Below, piece by piece: positions 1-7,115 of a stretch of DNA of 36,605 bases. Numbering within the stretch: position 1 is the stretch's first letter; every line of letters begins with the position of its first letter. The notes under the pieces were generated by a model. It did no database searches and was not told where the DNA came from. It worked only from the letters and a program-made list of their open reading frames with translations. Made by a program: the position numbers and the translations under genes. The stretch is from the NCBI GenBank assembly GCA_947589205.1, contig CANQCJ010000001.1:1-36605 (forward strand), read 5' to 3'. Origin of the DNA: an uncultured Ruminococcus sp. Its GTDB lineage: Bacteria > Bacillota > Clostridia > Oscillospirales > Ruminococcaceae.

Positions 1-496
1 GCGCTGTCAGATAGCCCGCGCCGTTATAGCAGTCATAGCTTCCGCCGAGAGAGGTGACGGGCGGGTCGAAATTGTTTTGGACTATTGTGCAGTCAAAACG
101 TTTGAGCGCGTTCCAGAGCCGTTCAAAACGGCTGTACTCGGTATTGAAAAGCTCCTCTATCGTCTCGTTCGTCATTCCCGGCATCGGGCAGGACTTTATA
201 TTTACCGCGCTCGTGCAGATATAGACTATATCCGGCTTGAAGGCTTCAAGCTCCGCGTTAGAGAAAACGCCGTCCTCCCACCAGCGGTCGTATTCGGATC
301 TGTAAAAGACTGCGCGAATGCCGTAATTAAGCAAAAACAATTCTGCCGAGGAGATAATATCGTCCGCGGTCGCGCCGCACAAAACGGCTATCCTTACATC
401 TATAAAATTTTCATTACCTTCGGTAAGCTGACGCTTTAACGCTTTTCGCTTTTTTAAAATAAGCGCGCTGTCAAACGGGTATTCAAGCTCCTTCAT
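1..496 (-). CDS. FkbH-like HAD-IIIC family protein, N-terminal part (runs off window edge)
   Basis: Not in the ORF track. Manual translation from ATG at 496 gives MKELEYPFDSALILKKRKALKRQL...RIAVLCGATADDI...FKPDIVYI...IVQNNF with no stop to base 1. Resembles the FkbH N-terminal region; starts 4 bp after the DHHW gene stop. Confidence 0.7.
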   Translation of the reverse strand, partial: MKELEYPFDSALILKKRKALKRQLTEGNENFIDVRIAVLCGATADDIISSAELFLLNYGIRAVFYRSEYDRWWEDGVFSNAELEAFKPDIVYICTSAVNIKSCPMPGMTNETIEELFNTEYSRFERLWNALKRFDCTIVQNNFDPPVTSLGGSYDCYNGAGYLTA

Positions 497-500
497 TTTT

Positions 501-2840
501 TTATTCTCCGCTGTTTTCTTCCTCGGCCGGCTCTTCCGCAGGTATTTCCTCATCGGAAGAATTATCCGCCGCGCTGTCCTCGGGAAGGACGGTATCGGGA
601 AGATCCCAGTTTTCAAGATCCGTCTCGGTTATCTGTATCCTGTCGTTGCCTATAGCGTTTATGTGCGACTCGGTGTGCGCTGCCGAAAGAGATACCGCAA
701 ACAGAAAATCGGTGCAGCCGACCTTTTCACAAAAATCTATCGCGTTTATTTCAAAATACCTAAAATCGCAGACGTAGATCTTTGAAAAGCTGTGCGTAAG
801 ATACGGCACGAGCGCGTTTCCGAAGCTGTCCTTCATGATAACGAGCACTCTGCCGTTGGTGCAGTCGGTCTCTATTTCGGCGATAGTGTCGTCCGTTCCT
901 AAGATAGCCGAATAGCAGTTTATGCCCTCGGCGTAATCGTAAAAAAGCGTGCCGGGCGAACCGTTTTTGAATTTGCTGTCGTAATAGGTCACGGTGTAAT
1001 TATTGTCCGGCTTGTGATAGATGAACGTGTCGGGATTGTTGTTCAGCTCCTCGTCATAATCGCTGTAGGCGTACATCGTTCCGACAAAATCCTCGATACG
1101 GCAGGTCTGATATGTGCTTATATCGGCAAAGTCCACCTTTGCGGTCTCGGCAAATACCTGCGCCGCATAGTACGCTCCGAGCGGCTGCCAGTGATGGTCG
1201 GTGCGCGAATAGATGTACTCGTCCTTGTGCTCGTCCAGCGCGTCGTAAACGTCCACGTTCACTATCCCGCGCAGACAGCTTCCGATATTTTTTATGCAGT
1301 CGTGCTGAGAGGTGAAATCATCGGCTAAATTTTCCGGCATATAGTACGCGCTTGAAAGCGGCATATTCATCGTGTAGACGTTGACCGAATAGCCGAGGTC
1401 GTCTTTATAGCGGTTTATCGTTTCGGCGTATTTTGCGCCGAGGTCGAACGTGCCGTAAAACGCGCTCATGGCGCGGACGTTCTCTCCCCTGCCGCTCACC
1501 ACGACGTTTCCCAGCCATTCGCCGTCGTCAAGCTCCTCGGGAACGTCGGCAAGCGATTCGGTAACACTGCTCGTGCTCTCCGCCCTGCTCTCGTTAACGG
1601 GCTTTGAGGAAAAATCGGTGTTTATCTCGACCTCGTTAGATGTATCGTCGCCCTCAAAGACCTCCTTTTGCACCGGCGCGATATCTCCTGTGATCTTTAC
1701 ATCGTTTAGCTTTATGCCGAAAAGCTTTGAAAAACCGCTAGAAAACGGCTTTAGCTTTTCCCTGAACGGCAGGGTGTCGGTGTACCATTTGGTAATATCT
1801 TCAAAATAACTGCCGTCTGTCAGCGTTTTTACGCTAAGTGTCGGCTTTTCGGCGAGGTTTCGGTTCTCCGACTCGATAAAGCCGCTCTGACGACTGCAAA
1901 TAATGAGATAAAAGCCGATGCCGACAAACAGGCAAAAGCAAATTACGCCGTTTGCGGCTTTGAAGCCGTTAGAGACCTGCTGCGCCCGCGCCCTTTCACG
2001 CGCTTCGCGCTTTGCCCTTGCGCGTTCGCGTTTAAGCTCGACCGCCTTAAGCTCCGCCGTCTGCTCCTGCTCGAGAGCGAGACGTTCATTCTCCCTGCGG
2101 GCGGCGTCGAGCTTCGCCTGCTCTTCAAGAGCCTCGATGCGTTTGCGCTCTATGACCTCCGGCTCGACGGTGATTTTTATCTCCTTGCGCAGTCCGGTCT
2201 TTATGTTCATAGAGACTCTTCCGCCCGCGCTGAGGTCGGGATTGTTCCAGATAGCGCTGTTTTCACCGAAAAGCTCGGTAAGCTCCGCAGTCGGTTCTGC
2301 GGGCGGTTCGGGTATAGGTTCGGGTATAGGCTCGGGCTTAGGTTCGGGCGCGGCTTCGGCAGGAGCTTGCTGCGCGGCTTCGACCGCAGTCTCGACCGCA
2401 GCTTCGACCGCGGTCTGCTTTGTCTCCGCTTCGGCGAGTCTCGGCTTGGGCTTTCTGCGCTTTTTCTTGGTCGGCGCAGACGGCATTGCAGCGGGCATGA
2501 CCGCCATAGTCATCGCCGGTACGGCTTTGGGTCCTGCCTGTACCTCCGGCTTCGGTGCTTCGGACGGTTTTTCCGCCGGCTTATCGGACGGCTTTTCTGT
2601 CGGCTTCGGTGTTTCCGGCTTGGGCGTTTCAAAGTTTTTTTCCGCAGACCCTTCAGACGGTCTCTCGACCGTCTTTTCTGCCGTCGCGGACTGTGCGAGC
2701 TTTTGTTCGCGTTTGGCGTTAAGCTCGGCGAACATTTTTTCAAAATCATCATCGGCGCGGTGGTCGCGGATAGTTATTTTTACTTCCTTGACCGAAGCTA
2801 TAAGCTCTTCGCCGGTCAGGTTCTTATCTATGCTGTCCAT
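501..2840 (-). CDS. DHHW-family (AlgJ/AlgX-like) membrane-anchored acyltransferase partner with long low-complexity N-terminus
   Basis: ENRNLAEKP, YSRTDHHWQPLGAY and KDSFGN motifs; one TM helix (GVICFCLFVGIGFYLII); directly downstream of the MBOAT gene. Confidence 0.85.
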   Translation of the reverse strand: MDSIDKNLTGEELIASVKEVKITIRDHRADDDFEKMFAELNAKREQKLAQSATAEKTVERPSEGSAEKNFETPKPETPKPTEKPSDKPAEKPSEAPKPEVQAGPKAVPAMTMAVMPAAMPSAPTKKKRRKPKPRLAEAETKQTAVEAAVETAVEAAQQAPAEAAPEPKPEPIPEPIPEPPAEPTAELTELFGENSAIWNNPDLSAGGRVSMNIKTGLRKEIKITVEPEVIERKRIEALEEQAKLDAARRENERLALEQEQTAELKAVELKRERARAKREARERARAQQVSNGFKAANGVICFCLFVGIGFYLIICSRQSGFIESENRNLAEKPTLSVKTLTDGSYFEDITKWYTDTLPFREKLKPFSSGFSKLFGIKLNDVKITGDIAPVQKEVFEGDDTSNEVEINTDFSSKPVNESRAESTSSVTESLADVPEELDDGEWLGNVVVSGRGENVRAMSAFYGTFDLGAKYAETINRYKDDLGYSVNVYTMNMPLSSAYYMPENLADDFTSQHDCIKNIGSCLRGIVNVDVYDALDEHKDEYIYSRTDHHWQPLGAYYAAQVFAETAKVDFADISTYQTCRIEDFVGTMYAYSDYDEELNNNPDTFIYHKPDNNYTVTYYDSKFKNGSPGTLFYDYAEGINCYSAILGTDDTIAEIETDCTNGRVLVIMKDSFGNALVPYLTHSFSKIYVCDFRYFEINAIDFCEKVGCTDFLFAVSLSAAHTESHINAIGNDRIQITETDLENWDLPDTVLPEDSAADNSSDEEIPAEEPAEEENSGE

Positions 2841-2854
2841 TTGTTATCTCCTAA

Positions 2855-4273
2855 TCAGAATCGAAAATACAAAAACGGATTGTTGGTCGTGTTAAGCAGC
2901 AGAATGCTTGAAACAAGTATCAATAGCAAATTGCAGACGATACCGAGGGCGGAAACTGCGGCGGCAGCCTGAACGCTGCGCTCGGACAGCTTTTTGAATC
3001 GGTCTATTATCGGCAGGGTCAGCAGGATAGCCGCGGCGAAGAGAAAGACGTTTTGCATAAACACCATTTTTATAATGCTCGAAGAGCTGTTCGCCGAGAA
3101 GCCGAACGCGGCTTTGAAGAATTTTCCGAGAGCGGGGAGCTTCTCGAAATAGAAAATGCCGAAGCCTAAAATAATTACGGCTTTGGTGTAGATGTGGGCT
3201 ATAAATGCGGGGAGTTTTTTCATGCGCTTTTTGCCGATAAGCGTTTCGATCATTATAAACGCGCCGTAGTAAAGTCCCCAGAGGACGAAGTTCCATGACG
3301 CGCCGTGCCACAGACCGGTGCAGAACCAGACGAGCAGCAGTCCGCCGTACTTGCGGCGTTTGCCGAATATCGGCACATATAGCAGATAATCCCTGAAAAA
3401 CGTTCCAAGAGATATATGCCATCTCTGCCAAAATTCGGTTATGCTTTTGCAGATAAACGGGTGTTCAAAGTTTTCGTTAAAATGAAAGCCGAAGATCCTG
3501 CCCAGTCCTATAGCGATATCCGAATAGCCTGAAAAATCAAAATAATACCAAAGCGCTACAAGAGCCGCGCCGTACCATGCGCCGAAGGCGGTGAGCGAAT
3601 CTGCGGCGGCGTAATTGTCCGCGCTTTCGCCGAAGCAGGCGACAACGGCAGTGTTCAGATTATTGGCGATCATGACCTTTTTGGCGATACCGATGATAAG
3701 GCGCGAAAAGCCGTCAGAAAGATCGTTAAAGGTCGTCCTGCGCTCGTCTATCTCCATAGCTATCTGCGAATAGCGCACGATAGGTCCGGCTACCAGCTGC
3801 GGGAACATTGAGATATACAGCAGATACTTCGGAAAGCTGCGCTGCACCTTGGTTTTTTCCCAATAGCAGTCAACGGTGTAGGAAATATTCTGGAAAGTAA
3901 AAAACGAGATGCCTATAGGCATATGTACGTCAGGCACGGGGATAGCAAGTCCGGGAATGCGGTTTAGATTTTCCGCGATAAAGCCGCTGTATTTAAACGC
4001 GGCGAGCAAGCCTATGTCTAAAATTATCGCGAGAGCGAAAACGGCTTTGCCGCAGGGCTTTTCCCGAAATTTTTCAACGGCAAGACCCGCGCCGTAATTT
4101 ATCAAGGCTGAGCCGATAAGCAGCAAAATATACAGCTGTTCGCCCCAGGCGTAAAACACGAGAGAGAACAATATCAGCACCGCGTTTTTCATATACACCT
4201 TCGGCATTATGAAATAAAATACCAGACAAAGCGGCAAAAACAGGTATAAAAACAATTCATCGGCAAAAACCAT
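2855..4273 (-). CDS. MBOAT family O-acyltransferase (AlgI/DltB-like)
   Basis: PIGISFFTFQ, FPQLVAGPIVR, YFDFSGYSDIAIG, EFWQRWHISL, GLWHGASWNF and C-terminal NPFLYFRF motifs. Confidence 0.93.
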   Translation of the reverse strand: MVFADELFLYLFLPLCLVFYFIMPKVYMKNAVLILFSLVFYAWGEQLYILLLIGSALINYGAGLAVEKFREKPCGKAVFALAIILDIGLLAAFKYSGFIAENLNRIPGLAIPVPDVHMPIGISFFTFQNISYTVDCYWEKTKVQRSFPKYLLYISMFPQLVAGPIVRYSQIAMEIDERRTTFNDLSDGFSRLIIGIAKKVMIANNLNTAVVACFGESADNYAAADSLTAFGAWYGAALVALWYYFDFSGYSDIAIGLGRIFGFHFNENFEHPFICKSITEFWQRWHISLGTFFRDYLLYVPIFGKRRKYGGLLLVWFCTGLWHGASWNFVLWGLYYGAFIMIETLIGKKRMKKLPAFIAHIYTKAVIILGFGIFYFEKLPALGKFFKAAFGFSANSSSSIIKMVFMQNVFLFAAAILLTLPIIDRFKKLSERSVQAAAAVSALGIVCNLLLILVSSILLLNTTNNPFLYFRF

Positions 4274-4322
4274 AGCGATTTGACTTCCTTTTCAGAGTAT
4301 ACGGTCGTATTTCCGCTTTTTT

Positions 4323-4351
4323 AGTATAGCACGAATGATCTATTTTGTCAA
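4323..4351 (-). promoter_or_regulatory. sigma-A promoter of the MBOAT operon
   Basis: Minus strand TTGACA-17bp-TATACT with an extended -10 TG. Confidence 0.75.
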
Positions 4352-4432
4352 GAGTATATTTTTTTGGATAGTAAATTTTCGGCACGAACGTAAAAGCAGT
4401 CCGATCCCCGCCGAAAAATTTTTGCTTACCTA

Positions 4433-4461
4433 TTGACAAAATAGAAAAAACATGATATAAT
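4433..4461 (+). promoter_or_regulatory. Consensus sigma-A promoter for antisense sRNA, unit 1
   Basis: TTGACA(4433)-17bp-TATAAT(4456). Confidence 0.85.
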
Positions 4462-4467
4462 ATAAAA

Positions 4468-4555
4468 AAGGAGAACGACTGCGCAAGCGGTTATCCTCCA
4501 ATCTTAAGACTTTATTTCAAAAGCTGCTGATGTGTGGGATCGGCGGCTATTTTTT
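4468..4555 (+). ncRNA. Putative antitoxin sRNA, unit 1 (ends approximate)
   Basis: Follows a consensus promoter. 5' hairpin with GCAA loop, then terminator AGCUGCUGAU/AUCGGCGGCU + U-tract. Antisense to the peptide stop codon and 3' UTR. Confidence 0.65.
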
Positions 4556-4624
4556 CTTGTTATTACCAAGCTCTATTAATGAAACTACGAGATTAATAAG
4601 CACTAAAAGCTCCATTATAGTCAT
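4547..4624 (-). CDS. 25-aa hydrophobic peptide MTIMELLVLINLVVSLIELGNNKKK, putative type I toxin
   Basis: SD AGGAGGTG 6 nt upstream of ATG; hydrophobic core with Lys tail; differences from units 2/3 are synonymous or conservative. Confidence 0.8.
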   Translation of the reverse strand: MTIMELLVLINLVVSLIELGNNKKK

Positions 4625-4650
4625 TCGGCTCACCTCCTTGCGGAGGTTAA

Positions 4651-4764
4651 TGAATGGTCGTAGGGAGTTTTGGGTCTGAACGCAGTTCAGACAGTTTCGC
4701 GCAGCGAAATCAAGGTCATTGACCTTGAAACAAAACTCTGTGGTCTGAACCGCAGGTTCAGACG
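4651..4764. repeat. Multi-hairpin palindromic insert (REP/MITE-like) in peptide mRNA leader, unit 1
   Basis: gagttttg...caaaactc enclosing gtctgaac-GCA-gttcagac, tttcgc-GCA-gcgaaa and tcaaggtca-t-tgaccttga, followed by gtctgaacc-GCA-ggttcagac. Confidence 0.7.
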
Positions 4765-4799
4765 CCGCCTCTGCGCTTGTTTAGGTCGCCCTCATGGTT

Positions 4800-4828
4800 A
4801 TTATATCACACTTGTCGAATTTTGTCAA
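4800..4828 (-). promoter_or_regulatory. Consensus sigma-A promoter for peptide mRNA, unit 1
   Basis: Minus strand TTGACA-17bp-TATAAT with an extended -10 TG. Confidence 0.85.
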
Positions 4829-4857
4829 TATAAACCTAAGAAATTTTTGCTTACCTA

Positions 4858-4886
4858 TTGACAAAATAGAAAAAACGTGATATAAT
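4858..4886 (+). promoter_or_regulatory. Consensus sigma-A promoter for antisense sRNA, unit 2
   Basis: TTGACA(4858)-17bp-TATAAT(4881). Confidence 0.85.
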
Positions 4887-4892
4887 ATAAAA

Positions 4893-4978
4893 AAGGAGAA
4901 CGACTGCGCAAGCGGTTATCCTCCATAACTGCGTATTTTTAAAATAGCTGTCGTTTGGGGATTCGGCGGCTATTTTTT
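4893..4978 (+). ncRNA. Putative antitoxin sRNA, unit 2 (ends approximate)
   Basis: Same 5' hairpin as unit 1; terminator AUAGCUGUCG/CGGCGGCUAU + U-tract whose G-U pairs favour the + strand. Confidence 0.65.
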
Positions 4979-5047
4979 CTTGTTATTACCTAACTCTATT
5001 AACGAAACCACGAGGTTGAGTATCATGATGAGTTCCATTATAGTCAT
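4970..5047 (-). CDS. 25-aa hydrophobic peptide MTIMELIMILNLVVSLIELGNNKKK, putative type I toxin
   Basis: Same SD and length as unit 1; 4 conservative amino-acid changes and 6 synonymous codon changes. Confidence 0.8.
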   Translation of the reverse strand: MTIMELIMILNLVVSLIELGNNKKK

Positions 5048-5073
5048 TCGGCTCACCTCCTTGCGGAGGTTAA

Positions 5074-5168
5074 TGAATAGTCGTAGGGAGTTTTGTGGTT
5101 TCGCGCAGCGAAATCAAGGTCATTGACCTTGAAACAAAACTCTGTGGTCTGAACCGCAGGTTCAGACG
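5074..5168. repeat. Multi-hairpin palindromic insert, unit 2
   Basis: Near-identical to 4651-4764 but lacks the 19-bp hairpin at 4674-4692; absent from unit 3. Confidence 0.7.
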
Positions 5169-5224
5169 CCGCCCGCGCCTGCTTTATTGAGCTGTACCCA
5201 ACATTGCAATCGTTCTCGCATATT

Positions 5225-5253
5225 ATTATATCACACTTGTCGGATTTTGTCAA
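5225..5253 (-). promoter_or_regulatory. Consensus sigma-A promoter for peptide mRNA, unit 2
   Basis: Minus strand TTGACA-17bp-TATAAT. Confidence 0.85.
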
Positions 5254-5282
5254 TATAAACCTAAGAAATTTTTGCTTACCTA

Positions 5283-5311
5283 TTGACAAAATAGAAAAAA
5301 CGTGATATAAT
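5283..5311 (+). promoter_or_regulatory. Consensus sigma-A promoter for antisense sRNA, unit 3
   Basis: TTGACA(5283)-17bp-TATAAT(5306). Confidence 0.85.
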
Positions 5312-5317
5312 ATAAAA

Positions 5318-5403
5318 AAGGAGAACGACTGCGCAAGCGGTTATCCTCCATAACTGCGTATTTTTAAAATAGCTGTCGTTTGGGGATTCGGCGGCTATTT
5401 TTT
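5318..5403 (+). ncRNA. Putative antitoxin sRNA, unit 3 (ends approximate)
   Basis: Identical to the unit 2 sRNA. Confidence 0.65.
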
Positions 5404-5472
5404 CTTGTTATTACCTAACTCTATTAACGAAACCACGAGGTTGAGTATCATGATGAGTTCCATTATAGTCAT
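5395..5472 (-). CDS. 25-aa hydrophobic peptide identical to unit 2, putative type I toxin
   Basis: Nucleotide-identical ORF and SD to 4970-5047. Confidence 0.8.
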   Translation of the reverse strand: MTIMELIMILNLVVSLIELGNNKKK

Positions 5473-5558
5473 TCGGCTCACCTCCTTGCGGAGGAAAGAT
5501 TAACCGCCCGCGCCTGCTTTATTGAGCTGTACCCAACATTGCAATCGTTCTCATAGTT

Positions 5559-5587
5559 ATTATATCACACTTGTCGGATTTTGTCAA
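5559..5587 (-). promoter_or_regulatory. Consensus sigma-A promoter for peptide mRNA, unit 3
   Basis: Minus strand TTGACA-17bp-TATAAT. Confidence 0.85.
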
Positions 5588-5645
5588 TATAAAAAATAAA
5601 AATTCTCAAAGCAGCAGTTTTAAGAGCAGACCTCTGATAACGCTG

Positions 5646-5678
5646 AAAAGGCAGGGACTTTTGCCCTGCCTTGTTTTT
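5646..5678. terminator. Intrinsic terminator after the NrdD-like gene (possibly bidirectional)
   Basis: aaggcaggg-acttttg-ccctgcctt hairpin with T-runs on both strands. Confidence 0.75.
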
Positions 5679-5682
5679 CTTA

Positions 5683-5952
5683 TTACGATAAAGTATGCTT
5701 CACTCTGTCCTCAACCTCGCTCCTCTTGGCGTTGTTGAACCTGTCAAGCGTGCCGACCAGATAACCGGTTATGCGCCTGATCCTCTGAAAAGGTACGTCC
5801 GCGAAACGATAGTCAACGTCAACATAGTCGCCGTCAAGCGTTATGTCTACCGCCTCTATCGTCTTTTCGGGATAAAGCTCCTTGCCTTTGGCTATATAAG
5901 CATTTATTTCAGCTTTGGAAAGCTCGCCGTTCTTTACATTTACCGCTATCAT
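5683..5952 (-). CDS. Stand-alone NrdD C-terminal (glycyl-radical) domain protein, 89 aa
   Basis: RIRRITGYL and FNNAKRSEVEDRVKH match the class III RNR C-terminus; has its own SD (GGGAGGT), promoter and terminator. Confidence 0.8.
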   Translation of the reverse strand: MIAVNVKNGELSKAEINAYIAKGKELYPEKTIEAVDITLDGDYVDVDYRFADVPFQRIRRITGYLVGTLDRFNNAKRSEVEDRVKHTLS

Positions 5953-5987
5953 TTTGTTTTACCTCCCGGATATTGCTAAATTTAATT

Positions 5988-6042
5988 CACCATCTTGTTG
6001 TGGTCTATTTAATATTATATCACTACATATGGTGTTTGTCAA
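5988..6042 (-). promoter_or_regulatory. sigma-A promoter with two NrdR-box-like sites
   Basis: Minus strand TTGACA(6042-6037)-17bp-TATAAT(6019-6014). tCACTACATATGGTGT at 6020-6035 lies in the spacer; a weaker CACCATCTTGTTGTGG is at 5988-6003, 32 bp away. Confidence 0.7.
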
Positions 6043-6113
6043 TACCTTTTGGAGAAAAGACAGGTAAAAAGAACGTCATAAAAATTGTATAGTCTGCACA
6101 ATTGGTCAAGTAA

Positions 6114-7115
6114 CTAAACTTTTATCAGGCTTAAGACCTCGCCGACCTTGCCCTTTATCATCAACCGCTCACCGAAAGGCGTGTCAGGCTCTGTCAGGTT
6201 TATATAGACCGAGTTTTCGCCCCTGTAGGCGCGGATAAATTCCGCCGCAGGGTATACCGTCAAGGACGTTCCCGCGATTATCAGCAGATCGCATTCTCTT
6301 ATCGCTTTTAGCGCGGCTTCGACCGCATCGCTGTTTAGCATTTCACCGTAAAGCACAACGTCAGGTTTTATTATCCCGCCGCAGCTGCACCTCGGTACTT
6401 CCCATTCCCACTCTCCGGCTATTGCGTGTATCTGTTCGTCTGATATTCCCGAAAGACCCTCATCGCCGCTGACGGCGGCTTTTTCAAAAAGTATCCTTTC
6501 GTTGATCTTATCCTGTCTGTCGGCGCGGTCGTCCGGCAAATCGAAGGCTTTTCTTATGGAATTGAGATGGTACTTTCTTCCGCACTTCATACAATGGTTG
6601 CTCCACACCGTTCCGTGCAGCTCTATGACCTTTTTGCTGCCTGCCTTTTGGTGAAGTCCGTCGATGTTCTGTGTGACGATGGTAACGTCCTTTCCTCTGT
6701 TTTCCATGTGAGCGAGCTTTTTGTGGGCTGCGTTGGGTTCTGCGTTTGGGTAGAGCATATTGTCGCGGTAAAAGCGGAAAAATTCCCTTGGGTGGGTCTC
6801 AAAAAACGAGCGGCTGAGAATATCCTCGGCGGTATAGGTCTCATAAAATCCGTGGGGATCTATGAGATCATCGTCCTTGGTAAAGTGCCGTTTGTGAAAT
6901 TCATCGTCATGATACTGCCTGTATCGGCGGTTGTCGTAAATTCCCCCCGCCGAGCGGAAATCGGGTATGCCGCTTTCCGTTGAAACGCCCGCGCCGCCGA
7001 AGAAAACTATTTTTTTGCTTTGCATGACAAGCTTATTTAACAGCTTGATCTTATGTTCAAGATCGAGGTCGAAGTCTGAGTCTGTCATTACAGCGTCATT
7101 TTTTCTTTTGTTCAT
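6114..7115 (-). CDS. Sir2-family NAD-dependent protein deacylase with insertions
   Basis: GAGVSTESGIPDFRS, TQNIDGLH, LHG, CMKC...CSC zinc ligands, KPDVVLYGE, GTSLTVYPAA. Confidence 0.92.
   Translation of the reverse strand: MNKRKNDAVMTDSDFDLDLEHKIKLLNKLVMQSKKIVFFGGAGVSTESGIPDFRSAGGIYDNRRYRQYHDDEFHKRHFTKDDDLIDPHGFYETYTAEDILSRSFFETHPREFFRFYRDNMLYPNAEPNAAHKKLAHMENRGKDVTIVTQNIDGLHQKAGSKKVIELHGTVWSNHCMKCGRKYHLNSIRKAFDLPDDRADRQDKINERILFEKAAVSGDEGLSGISDEQIHAIAGEWEWEVPRCSCGGIIKPDVVLYGEMLNSDAVEAALKAIRECDLLIIAGTSLTVYPAAEFIRAYRGENSVYINLTEPDTPFGERLMIKGKVGEVLSLIKV

Larger units (their letters stand above)
4416..5593. repeat. Three tandem units starting at 4416, 4841 and 5266 (425-bp period; third unit shorter)
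   Basis: aaatttttgcttacctattgacaaaatagaaaaaac.tgatataatataaaaaaggagaacgactgcgcaagcggttatcctcca recurs three times, as do the small ORF and the opposing promoter. Confidence 0.97.

Noticed and set aside
1918-2972. Long plus-strand ORFs opposite the DHHW gene, and similar shadows such as 15110-16375, 11341-12150 and 19645-20415
   Set aside because: Antisense shadows of well-supported genes, with no recognisable motifs.
4257-5289. ORF-track entries 4257-4439, 4670-4861 and 5053-5289
   Set aside because: They lack SDs, run through promoters and palindromes, and are not conserved between units, unlike the 78-nt ORFs.
4416-5593. CRISPR array or IS remnants as the explanation of the repeats
   Set aside because: The period is 425 bp with no short repeat-spacer structure, no cas or transposase genes, and no terminal inverted repeats.
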